Shown here in pieces: positions 12,716 through 22,563 of a stretch of DNA of 39,771 bases. The notes beneath the pieces were generated by a model that saw only the letters and a program-made list of their open reading frames with translations, was not told the DNA's origin and did not search any database. The DNA is from a virus. Numbering within the stretch: the first letter of the stretch is position 1; every line of letters begins with the position of its first letter. The stretch lies in the IMG/VR virus record IMGVR_UViG_3300045988_007823, one strand, 5' to 3'. Both the position numbers and the translations under genes were made by a program.

Positions 12716-12847
12716 TTAGCCCTCCTTCGTTTCCGCCGCAATCAATTTCTCGATGAGCAGCTTGATATAAACAAGCTTCTCGAAATTCTCCCATCCATCG
12801 ACGCGGAGAGTTCCAAGAAGCTCCTTGATTTTGTTCAGTTCTTCCAT
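12716..12847 (-). CDS. Small helical ORF of 43 aa (MEELNKIKELLGTLRVDGWENFEKLVYIKLLIEKLIAAETKEG).
   Basis: An ATG-initiated ORF fills the gap between two tail genes on the same strand. It is below the length cut-off of the ORF track. Confidence 0.45.
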   Translation of the reverse strand: MEELNKIKELLGTLRVDGWENFEKLVYIKLLIEKLIAAETKEG

Positions 12848-12849
12848 GA

Positions 12850-13122
12850 TTAAACCTCGCTCGCGTACTTCTGCCGCAGCGCTGCCCGTTGTCCGCCGGT
12901 TTCATTGACGAGATATTCAAACTTGGTATAGTGCTCGAATACCGTCTCTTCTCCGTTTGCGGCTACATAGCGGATTTTCGCCGTTTTCTTCTCATCTCCG
13001 AAGATCGCCGCCGCTTCCACGAATGAAAGGCCGGTCAGCGTGACATACAGCAGCCCAACCGTAGCAATGCCGCAGAACGCGCAAGGGTATTCACTTCCGT
13101 CCATAAAAATAATTTTGTCCAC
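12850..13122 (-). CDS. Hypothetical tail-module protein, 90 aa.
   Basis: GTG start after AAGGAGG. It is syntenic within the tail operon. Confidence 0.6.
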   Translation of the reverse strand: MDKIIFMDGSEYPCAFCGIATVGLLYVTLTGLSFVEAAAIFGDEKKTAKIRYVAANGEETVFEHYTKFEYLVNETGGQRAALRQKYASEV

Positions 13123-13132
13123 TTTTTCCTCC

Positions 13133-14305
13133 TTAAATGAGCCGCAATCCTTTGATCTGGTGTGTTACACCGTTAACAGTAAATGTATAAGAGCTATCAA
13201 CTACCGTTTTCCCGTAAAGGCGAAAAGCCTTGTTGGTAGAAAAGGATCCCGCGGAGGCGTTCATCGCCGCCGCTGTTGCAGCACCGGAAAAAACATCCCC
13301 AGCAAAATACCCGTTTGCAACGCCGCCGTTTAAGTATCCATTGGTATTCGCCGTCGTGATTGTTCCAGACCCTATCTGGCTGCCTTGGATTGTTCCGGCG
13401 TCGCCGCCGGTCTGTATCCGGTTGGCATAGACATTTCCGGTAAACGTTCCGTCCGTTGCATACAATTGACCGTAACTGTTTACTCGGAATTTACCGCCGC
13501 CGAGGGCTATACCGTCCGCTCCGATGTACACACCGTCCACCGTCCCGTACAGTTCCGACAACTTGTTATATATGGCGTTCTGTGTGATGGTAAACCCGCT
13601 ATCCTTGCTGCCGATGAATCCGGACGTTGCCGTTATCTTGCCGGTGATGTCTACGCCGTCTTTCGTAGCCCTGAACACTTCCTGCCCGGAGCTTTCCAGA
13701 ACAAACCCGTCCGCCGTCAAAGACCAACCAAAAGAGGCGGAATTGCCGCCGGTCTTCGTCACTCTCGCAGCGATCTCCTGCGCGTGCAGTTCCAAAGCCG
13801 CCCGCATTTCCGCTTCGCTCGTTTCTCTGGCCGTGACCTCCGCCTGAATGCTCGCGGCATTAACTCTAAGGCTTGCCCGCGTCTCGGCAAACTGCCGGGT
13901 GGTCTTCCGGTCGGTCGGGGATTTGTAGGGGTACTCATGGTCAACTGCGTTCTCCTGCGGTGCGGCGATACGCGCCGCCATCAGCGTGGAGAAATTCGTT
14001 TCGTTGACATAGATTCCAGAGAAAACGCCGTTGATGGTAACGCCGTCGCCTAACTCTGCCGCAGGATCAAGCTTCGCCCATTCCGTGTCATACGGTCGAT
14101 AGACAAACTCCCCGATGCTCTCTAAGATGTCGTTCGCCATCTGTTGAGAACCCCACGGGCAGTCAAGCTCTAAGACATTATCGCCCGTTCCGGCCTCGTA
14201 GCAGGAATCATCGTCAACGTTGATGCGGACTTTGGTGTATTTCGGCAGTTCCGGCGTTGAAGTGTATCCCTTTGCGCTTCTTCCGATAAAAACCGATTCA
14301 GACAA
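13133..14305 (-). CDS. Tail/baseplate structural protein (minor structural protein with a coiled-coil segment and a Gly-rich beta C-terminus).
   Basis: It is the third gene after the tape measure. The start is chosen at TTG 14305, 9 nt after GGAGGTG and overlapping the upstream stop. ATG 14335 is an alternative. Confidence 0.65.
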   Translation of the reverse strand: MSESVFIGRSAKGYTSTPELPKYTKVRINVDDDSCYEAGTGDNVLELDCPWGSQQMANDILESIGEFVYRPYDTEWAKLDPAAELGDGVTINGVFSGIYVNETNFSTLMAARIAAPQENAVDHEYPYKSPTDRKTTRQFAETRASLRVNAASIQAEVTARETSEAEMRAALELHAQEIAARVTKTGGNSASFGWSLTADGFVLESSGQEVFRATKDGVDITGKITATSGFIGSKDSGFTITQNAIYNKLSELYGTVDGVYIGADGIALGGGKFRVNSYGQLYATDGTFTGNVYANRIQTGGDAGTIQGSQIGSGTITTANTNGYLNGGVANGYFAGDVFSGAATAAAMNASAGSFSTNKAFRLYGKTVVDSSYTFTVNGVTHQIKGLRLI

Positions 14306-15068
14306 GGATCCTGTCACCTCCGAACGTGAGGACATACCCGGCAGTATCCACAAGATAGTGTGTCTCAATGCCGATCTCATTCAGCCGGACAAGACGGAGC
14401 TTTCCATCGTCCGACATGATGAAATTTCCCGCGTACATTGCCGCGATATATCCGAGGATTTCCCTCATAGCGTATCCGCCGGGATACTGCACCGGATACC
14501 CACGCTGCATGATGTCAAACGTGCGTGGATCGACCTCCACGCCCATATGCCCAGCAATAAGGCTTACAACGTCAATGTCCGTTTTGGGCCATTCGCCGAT
14601 GTCCCCATTCACAGGAAAATCGTTCTCGGCCTTTAACATCGCGTCGTATCCGTGGAATACGATCTCGTCCGTGCTCTCTCCGTCGGAGCGTGTATCGATA
14701 TAGAACACGCCCTTTGGTAGCCATTCGCTTTCCTTCGTGTCATTCACAGCACGGATAAACGGCTTGATGGAGGACATTCTCTTGATCGTCGCCGTCGGCT
14801 TTACCATCGTGACATCGATTTCCGCGGCTACACAGCACCCGACCATCGGCTTATCGTCCGTGAAAAGGTGCTGCGTGGTCTTGATCTCTTTGAGCATGTT
14901 CCCGCCGTATCCGCCGGAATCGGAATCGTAATAAATCCTCGTCCCGCCAAACGTGATATAATCGGCGTGCTCATCGATCAAATAAAACTCGTCGCCGATG
15001 ACGAGCTTGGTCTCGAACCAATGCGTACCGGCGACGATTTCCTTGTAGGTTGCGCTTGTGTTCTGCAT
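14298..15068 (-). CDS. Tail component protein, second gene after the tape measure.
   Basis: 256 aa. The call is by position, and no catalytic motif was seen. Confidence 0.65.
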   Translation of the reverse strand: MQNTSATYKEIVAGTHWFETKLVIGDEFYLIDEHADYITFGGTRIYYDSDSGGYGGNMLKEIKTTQHLFTDDKPMVGCCVAAEIDVTMVKPTATIKRMSSIKPFIRAVNDTKESEWLPKGVFYIDTRSDGESTDEIVFHGYDAMLKAENDFPVNGDIGEWPKTDIDVVSLIAGHMGVEVDPRTFDIMQRGYPVQYPGGYAMREILGYIAAMYAGNFIMSDDGKLRLVRLNEIGIETHYLVDTAGYVLTFGGDRILV

Positions 15069-15070
15069 GG

Positions 15071-15436
15071 CTATCTCTCCACAAGGGCGAGCGCATCAAT
15101 GTTCCAGCGTTCTTTCCCATCACCGAAAGATGTATCGACCGTAGCCTTGCCGGTGCTGTTGTACATCGTCGTGACTTGCGTACCCTTTAACCACGGGTTT
15201 GTGTATGTTACTTCGACGTACTCCGGCATAAGCGTCGGTAGAACGATCTCGGCGTCTTTGGTGTACAGCGGCTTAAAAGTTGCATCAATGCGGAATTTCG
15301 TTGCGATCCGCGCCCGGTGCATCGTGTAATCCATCGTGCGCCCCGCGTCCGAGCTGTCGCCATCCTCTCTGGTCACGGTGTACCCGCCGCCGTCAAGATA
15401 CGGAAGCATATCAACGCCGTTGACAATCAATTTCAT
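15071..15436 (-). CDS. Small distal tail component protein, first gene after the tape measure.
   Basis: 121 aa. ATGA overlap with the tape measure stop. Confidence 0.65.
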   Translation of the reverse strand: MKLIVNGVDMLPYLDGGGYTVTREDGDSSDAGRTMDYTMHRARIATKFRIDATFKPLYTKDAEIVLPTLMPEYVEVTYTNPWLKGTQVTTMYNSTGKATVDTSFGDGKERWNIDALALVER

Positions 15437-17583
15437 TTGCCGCGCCCCCTGTTCCGCTCCTCAGTGTAGGTGTACATGATCTCCCCGACCTTGCGCTTAT
15501 CAAGGTAAACGTCGCTCGGTCTGATTTGTTCGTTGCCACGCGCAGTTAAACGGTCGAGAAGCGCGTCCAGCTTACTTTCCAACTCTGGGGATATACCATA
15601 CCCATATCCGGAGAAAAACGCATTAGGCGGCACTACGCCGCCCATAGCAACGGCGGGCATTTTCATGCTCAAACCGGCGAACTTATCCGTCATACGGTCA
15701 ACAATGCCGTCTGCGACCATCGACACCCACTGCGTGTTTCTCTCAAGCGGAATGACGGCCTCCGAGCCATCTTCACCGGCAATAAACGGAGTACCCTTTT
15801 TGACGATGCCGCCCTTGGCGAGACGCGGAATAGATACAGAGCTTGCACGCCAGTTTATACCGCCGCCGCCGAAGAATTGCAAAACGCTGCTGAACGCTCC
15901 GACGAGGTTGTTGAACATCGTAATAACGCCGTTTACAAACGCTTCCACAGTGCCAAGGATGCTGTTGATAAGGGACGCGCCCCAGCGTTTGATTTCAAGC
16001 CATACGTCGATCCACGCGCTCTTGATCTTGTCAAGCGCCGCCGACCAATCGCCTGTGGCGAAACCGTACACAACAGCGGCCAATGTTTCAAAGATAGCCT
16101 TTATAAGTGACAATGCCGTGCGAATAGCGCCGACGATATTGTTAAAAGAATACTGAACGACGCCGTAAAGCAGAATGAATACTTGCGAAAGGACGTTGCC
16201 CTTTTCGGAAAGCGTTTTCAGCGCATTGTCGAACCACCCATTGACTATGCCGCTGATCTTGTCGAAAAACGCGGTGATGTCGTCCCACCACCCGGACAGG
16301 AATGATCCGAGAGCAAGGAACGCTCCGATTGCAAGCGGTATCCACGAACCGGTGAGAAGGGCAAGACCGATACCGATTTTAAGAAATCCGGTTGACATCT
16401 CCGCGCACATGTCTTTCGTAAGGCTTCCGGTGTTGATGAAATTTTTAAAAGCATCAATCAAATCCAGAGTGCCGAAAACAATCAGCGCAATACTCGCGGC
16501 AGTTTTTCCGAACGCAAGCCCGATAGCAAGCGCCGCAATTCCCTCCAACAGGTTTTTGATAAGTCCGAGATTGTTCTTGATCTTGTCGCTGATCGCTACA
16601 TCTTCATACTTGATCCCGCTGCCGGAACCGCCCCCGCCGCCGGAGGACGAATCCTGCGCAATGGTCAGCGTATCAATGCCCATGAGCTGCTTTTTCATTT
16701 CCTTTGCAGCGCCAGCGCCGGAGGATAGATTGTCGCTTAACTTTCCAGTGTTGGTTATGGCTCGCTTGAATGTGCTTTTCCCGCTAAGAGCCGCAAAGAA
16801 CGCCGCGATAGCGTCCACGGCCTTTGTGATCCAGCCGATGAGCGTCTGCAATACCGGGATGACAGCAGTAAGAATTGGGGCGAACGCAGCGCCCCATGAC
16901 GCCTTTAGCCCCTGCAAAGACGCTTTCAGTTCGTTAATGCTTTTCTTCGTCTCAGGGTCGTTCTCGGCATAAGCCTTTACAGCTTCAATGGTGTATTGCT
17001 TTAGCTTTCGGAAAAGAACGAACAGCGAGCGGATACCGATGCCATATTTGAGCAGATTCTTTATGCCGCTTTTGATGGACTGCTGCGCCCCCTCCATTGC
17101 GGCCTTGATGTCAGCGCCTTTGGACGCATCGGTGATTGTTTGCGTCAGCTCCCCGGCTCTTTTTTTCTGTTCTTCCAGCTCCGCCGTCTGCTGTTTCAGT
17201 TTGTCAACGATTTTCGCGTCCTGCGCTTCAAGCCGCTGTGCGGCTTTCTCTTTCGCCGCGAGAATCTTTTCCTGTTCGGAAAGCTGCGCTTTGATTTCCG
17301 CCTGCCGCTGGGTCTCTTCGATCCATGTCTGCGGATCAGCGTTGGCGTTAATTGCGGTTTTTGCCTCGCTCTCGGCCAATGAGGATTTCAGCTTTTCGAC
17401 CTTATCATAAGCCTGCGCCGCCTCGTCCTGCGCCTGTTTGAGCTGTTCAACGATGGGTGCGCGTTTCGCCTCGCCGCTCTCTATGTTCTTTTTGAGCCTG
17501 TCCATGTCGCGTTGGAGCTTATCCAATTCTTTGGCGGCTTGCCCGGCGTCGATTTCTACCGGGAATCTAAGTTCTGTCGCCAT
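15433..17583 (-). CDS. Tail tape measure protein.
   Basis: 716 aa. It has an N-terminal Ala/Glu/Lys/Gln coiled coil, a central hydrophobic and Gly-rich region (SSGGGGGSGSG), and sits after the chaperone pair. Confidence 0.9.
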   Translation of the reverse strand: MATELRFPVEIDAGQAAKELDKLQRDMDRLKKNIESGEAKRAPIVEQLKQAQDEAAQAYDKVEKLKSSLAESEAKTAINANADPQTWIEETQRQAEIKAQLSEQEKILAAKEKAAQRLEAQDAKIVDKLKQQTAELEEQKKRAGELTQTITDASKGADIKAAMEGAQQSIKSGIKNLLKYGIGIRSLFVLFRKLKQYTIEAVKAYAENDPETKKSINELKASLQGLKASWGAAFAPILTAVIPVLQTLIGWITKAVDAIAAFFAALSGKSTFKRAITNTGKLSDNLSSGAGAAKEMKKQLMGIDTLTIAQDSSSGGGGGSGSGIKYEDVAISDKIKNNLGLIKNLLEGIAALAIGLAFGKTAASIALIVFGTLDLIDAFKNFINTGSLTKDMCAEMSTGFLKIGIGLALLTGSWIPLAIGAFLALGSFLSGWWDDITAFFDKISGIVNGWFDNALKTLSEKGNVLSQVFILLYGVVQYSFNNIVGAIRTALSLIKAIFETLAAVVYGFATGDWSAALDKIKSAWIDVWLEIKRWGASLINSILGTVEAFVNGVITMFNNLVGAFSSVLQFFGGGGINWRASSVSIPRLAKGGIVKKGTPFIAGEDGSEAVIPLERNTQWVSMVADGIVDRMTDKFAGLSMKMPAVAMGGVVPPNAFFSGYGYGISPELESKLDALLDRLTARGNEQIRPSDVYLDKRKVGEIMYTYTEERNRGRGK

Positions 17584-17587
17584 CGCA

Positions 17588-18127
17588 TCACGTCCATTTC
17601 TTCAACATTTCTTCGTCCTCTGCTGTGTACTTCGTCGGGAGCGTTACCAAGTCCCGATTCTGCCGTAGCCATTCCCGCTCGTATTTTTCGAGCTTTTTAC
17701 CTTTGGCAAGTTTCGAGCGCAGCGACACGATCTGCGAGAATGCGCAGTCCCCGCCTATCTCCATGTACGCGCCCATGAACGTCCACCAGTGGAGATATTC
17801 GACCGAGCGGCATTCGTAGCCGAGCACACGGTTGACCGGCGCGACGATATACGGGAAGTCCTTTTCCCAATCCACAAGGCGGGCGGATTTCTTCCCGTGC
17901 GGCTGTCCGAGATCGATAAACCAGAAGCACTTCTCCAATGCCTCCGAATAGTCAGTCAGTTTTTCCCAATCGGGGAAAATCGTCTGTATTGTCGCCTCCG
18001 CCTTGTCCGCATCGGAAAAATCAGGGTCATTCAGAGCCTCTATGAGGTCGAGAATAACCCTGTAGTCCGAGCGTATCGCATGGTCTGCACCGCCGACGGC
18101 AAGCGACATCGGCAGGGAGTAGATCAT
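17588..18127 (-). CDS. Gp15-like tail assembly protein (T-like partner of the chaperone pair).
   Basis: ATGA overlap with the upstream chaperone gene. Its frame stays open for 55 codons upstream of the ATG, in the -1 frame relative to that gene. Confidence 0.7.
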   Translation of the reverse strand: MIYSLPMSLAVGGADHAIRSDYRVILDLIEALNDPDFSDADKAEATIQTIFPDWEKLTDYSEALEKCFWFIDLGQPHGKKSARLVDWEKDFPYIVAPVNRVLGYECRSVEYLHWWTFMGAYMEIGGDCAFSQIVSLRSKLAKGKKLEKYEREWLRQNRDLVTLPTKYTAEDEEMLKKWT

Positions 18128-18543
18128 TTCTTGAATTTTGCGAGATACTTTTGCAGCTTCGGATTCGTCTTTTTCTTTTCCGCCGTAAAGGTATCGTTCA
18201 TGTTGTCGATGAGGCAGAGCATCAGGTTGCACCACACGGGAAGGCCGTCCGCCATCGCATAGGTGTTCATCGTGCCATACAGGGGAGTGCAAACATCAAA
18301 GCCAAAAAGCCCGTTGATAAGCTCTCTCATCTCCCCGTCCATCGCACGGGCGGCAGCAAAGATTTTCTTCGCTTCATTCTCCCCGGCGAGCATCGCCTGA
18401 TATTTGTCCTGCTGCTTGTCCATCGCGTCAAACGCATTAAAAACGCGCTCGATAAAGTCAATGTCGGTGAGGTTGAGCAACACCGTCACCTTTCCGTTGA
18501 TGGAGATTTCCTGCACTCCGGTATCATGTCTAAGTTCAAGCAT
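18124..18543 (-). CDS. Tail assembly chaperone (G-like).
   Basis: 139-aa acidic protein between the major tail protein and the tape measure. A Lys-codon run (GAA AAG AAA AAG) lies near its 3' end. Confidence 0.7.
   Translation of the reverse strand: MLELRHDTGVQEISINGKVTVLLNLTDIDFIERVFNAFDAMDKQQDKYQAMLAGENEAKKIFAAARAMDGEMRELINGLFGFDVCTPLYGTMNTYAMADGLPVWCNLMLCLIDNMNDTFTAEKKKTNPKLQKYLAKFKK
18169..18175 (-). other. Candidate -1 programmed frameshift site G_AAA_AAG.
   Basis: The heptamer is in the zero frame of 18124..18543. After a -1 shift the frame continues ...KKK-DESEAAKVSRKIQEMIYSL... into 17588..18127. Confidence 0.35.
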
Positions 18544-18561
18544 TGCTTAACCTCCTGAAAA

Positions 18562-19071
18562 TTAGGTCTCCGGCGTAAACTCGATAGCGCCGCTAGTGCC
18601 CTTCGTGGCCGTGCCCTTCGTGCGCGTGCCGCCATAGGTTACATTGATGGGCATACCGACGCTACCGCCGCCCTCACCGCCGAGACCAGTAACCTCGACC
18701 ATGCAGGATTCGTAGCGCTCGGCAAATCCAGCGTAAGTGTGGACGATGAGCATGTCCATAGCCGCAAGCGCCATCGCGTCCTGATCGACAACGGCGAGCT
18801 TCCAAATCTTCTGCTGCGCCGCGTCGCCGCTGTCCAGCTCGCACGGCTCGAAAGACTGCGTAATGACAGGCTTCTTCATCGTGCCGTAGGTATCGCCGAG
18901 AATGTCTTTCTTGCTCTCGGTAGACCAGTCGTATTCCTCGGAGCTGTCCTCCACGCGCTTGCCGATCACCGACCAAACAGGAGCGGAACTCGTGCCGGTA
19001 TTCAGATAAGCGAGAAGCAGCTCACGCGCCACAGTCTGCCCCGCAGTAGTGGTAAACGTGTATTCAGCCAT
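18562..19071 (-). CDS. Major tail protein.
   Basis: 169 aa, directly upstream of the chaperone pair, with a strong RBS context and typical size for a siphovirus. Confidence 0.75.
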   Translation of the reverse strand: MAEYTFTTTAGQTVARELLLAYLNTGTSSAPVWSVIGKRVEDSSEEYDWSTESKKDILGDTYGTMKKPVITQSFEPCELDSGDAAQQKIWKLAVVDQDAMALAAMDMLIVHTYAGFAERYESCMVEVTGLGGEGGGSVGMPINVTYGGTRTKGTATKGTSGAIEFTPET

Positions 19072-19074
19072 TCG

Positions 19075-19524
19075 TTATATCACCTCGTAAATTAAAGTTA
19101 AGAGGATCTGGTGATCCTCTATGTCTCCTTCGTATCGGGCAAAAAGAGCCGCCGCCGTGTCTCGTTTGACTTTGCGCACGCGGATATCGTCCGCAATCGT
19201 CAGGCTATCCACGTTCGCCTCCGCCCACGCGCCGTATGCATCCAGCACCTCGTCAGCGCTCATTCTCTCGTCGGCGTTCTTCGCCGGGACGCGATAAATA
19301 AGTTTGAACTGGTACTGCGCCTGATACGAGCCGTCGATAAACTGCTTGGTTTTGTACGCCGCCTGAATGGTGGAAATGCATAAACCGCTTTTCTCGCCAA
19401 GCCATTCAAAGTCGAGCTTGGAAAGCGGCTTATCCGGATACGCATTCAACCATTGCCGCACGGCGCGGCTCACGTCTGCATTTTCTTCCGCAGACACTAA
19501 GGTTTTAGGTTTCTGTTCATCCAA
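19075..19524 (-). CDS. Head-tail joining/tail terminator-like protein.
   Basis: 149 aa with a TTG start overlapping the upstream stop. The call is by position. Confidence 0.55.
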   Translation of the reverse strand: MDEQKPKTLVSAEENADVSRAVRQWLNAYPDKPLSKLDFEWLGEKSGLCISTIQAAYKTKQFIDGSYQAQYQFKLIYRVPAKNADERMSADEVLDAYGAWAEANVDSLTIADDIRVRKVKRDTAAALFARYEGDIEDHQILLTLIYEVI

Positions 19525-19948
19525 GGGACGAGATCACCGCCTTTTCTGCGACACGCGCCCACTTGTCGCCGTTTTTCTTGTAAGATGCGTCCATCCAATG
19601 GGATTGAGCTTGCGGGTGCATGTCCGTCGTAAAAACAAGGTCTTTCGCCGTCGGAGTGAGCGTTGCACCCTTGTGCCAGCGCAATCCTACATCCGGTATG
19701 TTCATTGGGCCTTTACCAGTGGCGGCGTCAACCATGACTTTGCCTTCGTACAGATATCGGTCTTGGTCGCCGGTATAGACGATCTCGTTTCCATCCGTCC
19801 GAGCCATGTTTGAGAAAACGCCCGTCAGCGCAGGGACAAAGGGAATCGTGTCTTTCAGCGCTTGCGTTGCAACAACGATCTCCGCCGCTTTACAGGCGGA
19901 TTTGAAGTCTTCCACGCTCACGGTCTTGATCTTTAGCGTGATCCTCAT
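19517..19948 (-). CDS. Head-tail joining protein (neck).
   Basis: The start is set at ATG 19948, an ATGA overlap with the upstream stop. The track start at 19966 is a TTG. Confidence 0.55.
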   Translation of the reverse strand: MRITLKIKTVSVEDFKSACKAAEIVVATQALKDTIPFVPALTGVFSNMARTDGNEIVYTGDQDRYLYEGKVMVDAATGKGPMNIPDVGLRWHKGATLTPTAKDLVFTTDMHPQAQSHWMDASYKKNGDKWARVAEKAVISSLG

Positions 19949-20382
19949 TTGCCGCCGACCTGCCAATGCATCATGTCGCCGCCAAAATCGCGGACATCAA
20001 CCGTGCTCACGTCAAAGGCGTAATCGTATTTCTCTTGCAGCTGCGCAAGGCTCATCATTTCGGAGACCTCGCCTTTGACAAAGTAGGTGGACGTGGAATT
20101 GCTATGTCCGCCGCTATCCAGCGTCCACAATCCCTGTTGATCCGCCGCCGCATAGAACGCTTTTGGCTCGACATACGTTTTCTTGTCGCCGGTCGTACTG
20201 ACCGCATCAACGGAAAATGGGATGTAAAGAGTAGCGGCGTCAGCGTCGGCAAGACCCGTCTTTGCAACGTTTGTTCCCTTGGACATATCCAACAGCACAC
20301 CACGCAGGACGGTAATGCTGTTATGCATCTTTAAGTCGTCGTCCTCGTAGGAGTTAAAGACAGTCACAGTATGTGGGAACAC
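19945..20382 (-). CDS. Head closure/head-tail adaptor-like protein.
   Basis: 145 aa. The call is by position in the connector module. Confidence 0.55.
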   Translation of the reverse strand: MFPHTVTVFNSYEDDDLKMHNSITVLRGVLLDMSKGTNVAKTGLADADAATLYIPFSVDAVSTTGDKKTYVEPKAFYAAADQQGLWTLDSGGHSNSTSTYFVKGEVSEMMSLAQLQEKYDYAFDVSTVDVRDFGGDMMHWQVGGK

Positions 20383-20755
20383 AGCGCTGCCCTCCTCTGT
20401 ACAAAAGCCCCGTCCATGCCAGATAGTCCATGGCGATGTTTTCCAGCGTTTTCCGGGCGGCTTCCGCCGTCTCCGTTCCGCTTGCGTATGTTTTGCTCCA
20501 CGCGCCTACGGTCTGGCTCTTGACCTCGCCTCCGCTCATGCTCTGCGCTTTGGCGTTCTCGATGATCTGGTACTGTTCCGCCAGCGCACAGCAGCACATT
20601 GCAAGGGCGTTGTCATCGTCCGGGTAATCCTTCGCCTTGCCTATCGTGTAATAGTCAATGAAGGAGCTTGCCCGCTTGGATGCACGGGCAAACTCCTGTT
20701 CCGTCAGGGCGCTGCCGAGATAAGTATCGGTGTAAAACGTGTATGTTGCGTACAT
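20354..20755 (-). CDS. gp6-like head-tail connector (DNA-packaging) protein.
   Basis: 133 aa. MYATYTFYTDTYLGSALTEQEFARASKRASSFIDYYT... is typical of gp6-like connector proteins. It is the first gene after the capsid gene. Confidence 0.65.
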   Translation of the reverse strand: MYATYTFYTDTYLGSALTEQEFARASKRASSFIDYYTIGKAKDYPDDDNALAMCCCALAEQYQIIENAKAQSMSGGEVKSQTVGAWSKTYASGTETAEAARKTLENIAMDYLAWTGLLYRGGQRCVPTYCDCL

Positions 20756-20773
20756 CTGCGCCCCTCCGGTTTA

Positions 20774-21994
20774 TCAACCCACGGTAACGGCGGCAGTACC
20801 GGACTTCGTGCCGTCCTGCTTGGAAGTCGCGGTAACGGTCAGCGCAGTATTCGTCTCGTTGGAGGCGATGGTCAGCGTGCCGTTCTCATCAATCTTCGTC
20901 CCAGCCTTAACAGCAGCCGTGCCGGAAACGCTCCACAGCACTCCGTTAGACACCGCACCCTCGCCGGTCACAGCGGCGGCAAACGCCTTGCTCGCACCCT
21001 TAGCAACGGTAGCGGTGGCCGGGGTTACGGTAACGGTGTTGACCGTACCGGCGGGAGCATACACCGCGAACGGGCAGTACTTCGACAGGGTATCGTTGTA
21101 CGCCGTCTTCGGGTTCGGGATTTCCCAGCCGAGACGCATAACCGCACGCAGAGCGACCATGTCATTCTGCATGAGGTTGTAAACGATGGAGTTGTCGGAA
21201 GGATCCTGCACAACGCCCTGATCGAAAATCTTGAACGTGATGTCCTGGCGAATGGAGTACACCAGCTCCGACCAGTCACCGGCAAACATAAGCGCCTTGG
21301 CAGTGTCAAAAGCGCCGTTGCGCGGGAAGTACATAGGAGATCCGTCCAGCGCATAAGGCGTCGCGCCCTGCATATCGGTTTTGAAGATGGGATTGCCGTT
21401 CAGGTCTTTCAGACCGCGCAGCTTCGCGCGCATCTGGATAGCGGACATAATGCCGTTGACGAGATAGCCGCTTTCCTCGACCTTGGCGATCACGCCGCCC
21501 TCGGCGAGAAGGTCATCATAGATGTACGGCGTCGCAGCCACGACGGAACCAGCCTTCGTGCAAGTCTCAAGGACGCTGTCGCGCCAAGAGGTGGGCTTGT
21601 TCGTGCCGAACAGGATCGCGCCGTCAATGACCTTACCGAACGCCTCGACCAGACGCGGGCGGACTTCGCCCCAGATGTCATAATCAGCATCGTCAAGCAC
21701 CGCCTCAGGAATGGGGACGATAACGGCGATCTCTTCGGCATAGATTTTCTTCTTGTCCCACTTCATCTTGGTAGTCTGCTTCATGCCGGTATCGCCGTTC
21801 ACGAAGTAGGCAGTGGGAAGCATGTCCAGAACGTTCATCGTCTGGGTCTTGCTCGTCATGTTGGGGAGACGGCGGCCCATCTGGAGGACGGCGCTGCCCT
21901 CGGTCACGCCCTGAATGATCTCACGGGTGACAGGTTCCGGGATAAGCCCGGAAAGGTCAGTTCTGTTTACAATGTTAGTAGCCATATTAGTCAT
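20774..21994 (-). CDS. Major capsid protein (HK97-type) with a C-terminal Ig-like (Big_2-type) domain.
   Basis: 406 aa. It follows the scaffold gene. The C-terminus reads TVTVTPATATVAKGASKAFAAAVTGEGAVSNGVLWSVSG...LTVTATSKQDGTKSGTAAVTV. Confidence 0.9.
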   Translation of the reverse strand: MTNMATNIVNRTDLSGLIPEPVTREIIQGVTEGSAVLQMGRRLPNMTSKTQTMNVLDMLPTAYFVNGDTGMKQTTKMKWDKKKIYAEEIAVIVPIPEAVLDDADYDIWGEVRPRLVEAFGKVIDGAILFGTNKPTSWRDSVLETCTKAGSVVAATPYIYDDLLAEGGVIAKVEESGYLVNGIMSAIQMRAKLRGLKDLNGNPIFKTDMQGATPYALDGSPMYFPRNGAFDTAKALMFAGDWSELVYSIRQDITFKIFDQGVVQDPSDNSIVYNLMQNDMVALRAVMRLGWEIPNPKTAYNDTLSKYCPFAVYAPAGTVNTVTVTPATATVAKGASKAFAAAVTGEGAVSNGVLWSVSGTAAVKAGTKIDENGTLTIASNETNTALTVTATSKQDGTKSGTAAVTVG

Positions 21995-22010
21995 GTTTAC
22001 CTCACAATTC

Positions 22011-22511
22011 TCATTTAAATTTGCCCCGAATAAGGGCGTTCATAGCGTCGTTCGTGCCATTAGCACTGTTGGCGCTGTTGCCGACGTGCGCGGACATATC
22101 CACACGCACGGAGGCGGGTTTGCGATCTTTCAGAAATTCGTCGGCTGCCTTTTCAAAGCTCACCGTGTCCGTCACTTTCTGCCCGATCTTAAAGCAGTAA
22201 AATTCCAGCTCATCAGCCGAAACGCCCTTTGCGGTCAGATACTTTTCCCGCTCAAACTGCGTAACCTTCGCTTCTGCGGCAAGTCGCGCCGCCTTTTCGG
22301 TGTCGCGCTCTTTCTCTATGCCTTTGAGCTTGTCCGCTTCGCTCTGCTGATTGGCTTTCCAAGCCTTATAAGCGTTCAATTCTTCCTCGCTGGGCATCCC
22401 TTTGGTTGCCCGCGCAAGACGCTTTGCAACGATGTTGTCTACTTCGGCCTGTGTGAAAGTAGCCTCGTTCCCGCCATCGGCGGTGTTGGGATTGGTATTC
22501 GGTTCTGCCAT
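22011..22511 (-). CDS. Capsid scaffolding protein.
   Basis: The start is set at ATG 22511, after GGAGG. It is an acidic, helical protein with a coiled-coil segment (EADKLKGIEKERDTEKAARLAAEAK) and lies directly upstream of the capsid gene. Confidence 0.8.
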   Translation of the reverse strand: MAEPNTNPNTADGGNEATFTQAEVDNIVAKRLARATKGMPSEEELNAYKAWKANQQSEADKLKGIEKERDTEKAARLAAEAKVTQFEREKYLTAKGVSADELEFYCFKIGQKVTDTVSFEKAADEFLKDRKPASVRVDMSAHVGNSANSANGTNDAMNALIRGKFK

Positions 22512-22530
22512 GATAATTCCTCCGTTTTCC

Positions 22531-22563
22531 GCCCGTCGGCGTATTCCGTTTATGCCCGTCGGC
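22531..22563. repeat. Two direct copies of GCCCGTCGGC spaced 23 bp, just upstream of the scaffold gene.
   Basis: The copies are at 22531-22540 and 22554-22563, between the 22564-22604 terminator and the scaffold RBS. Confidence 0.5.
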
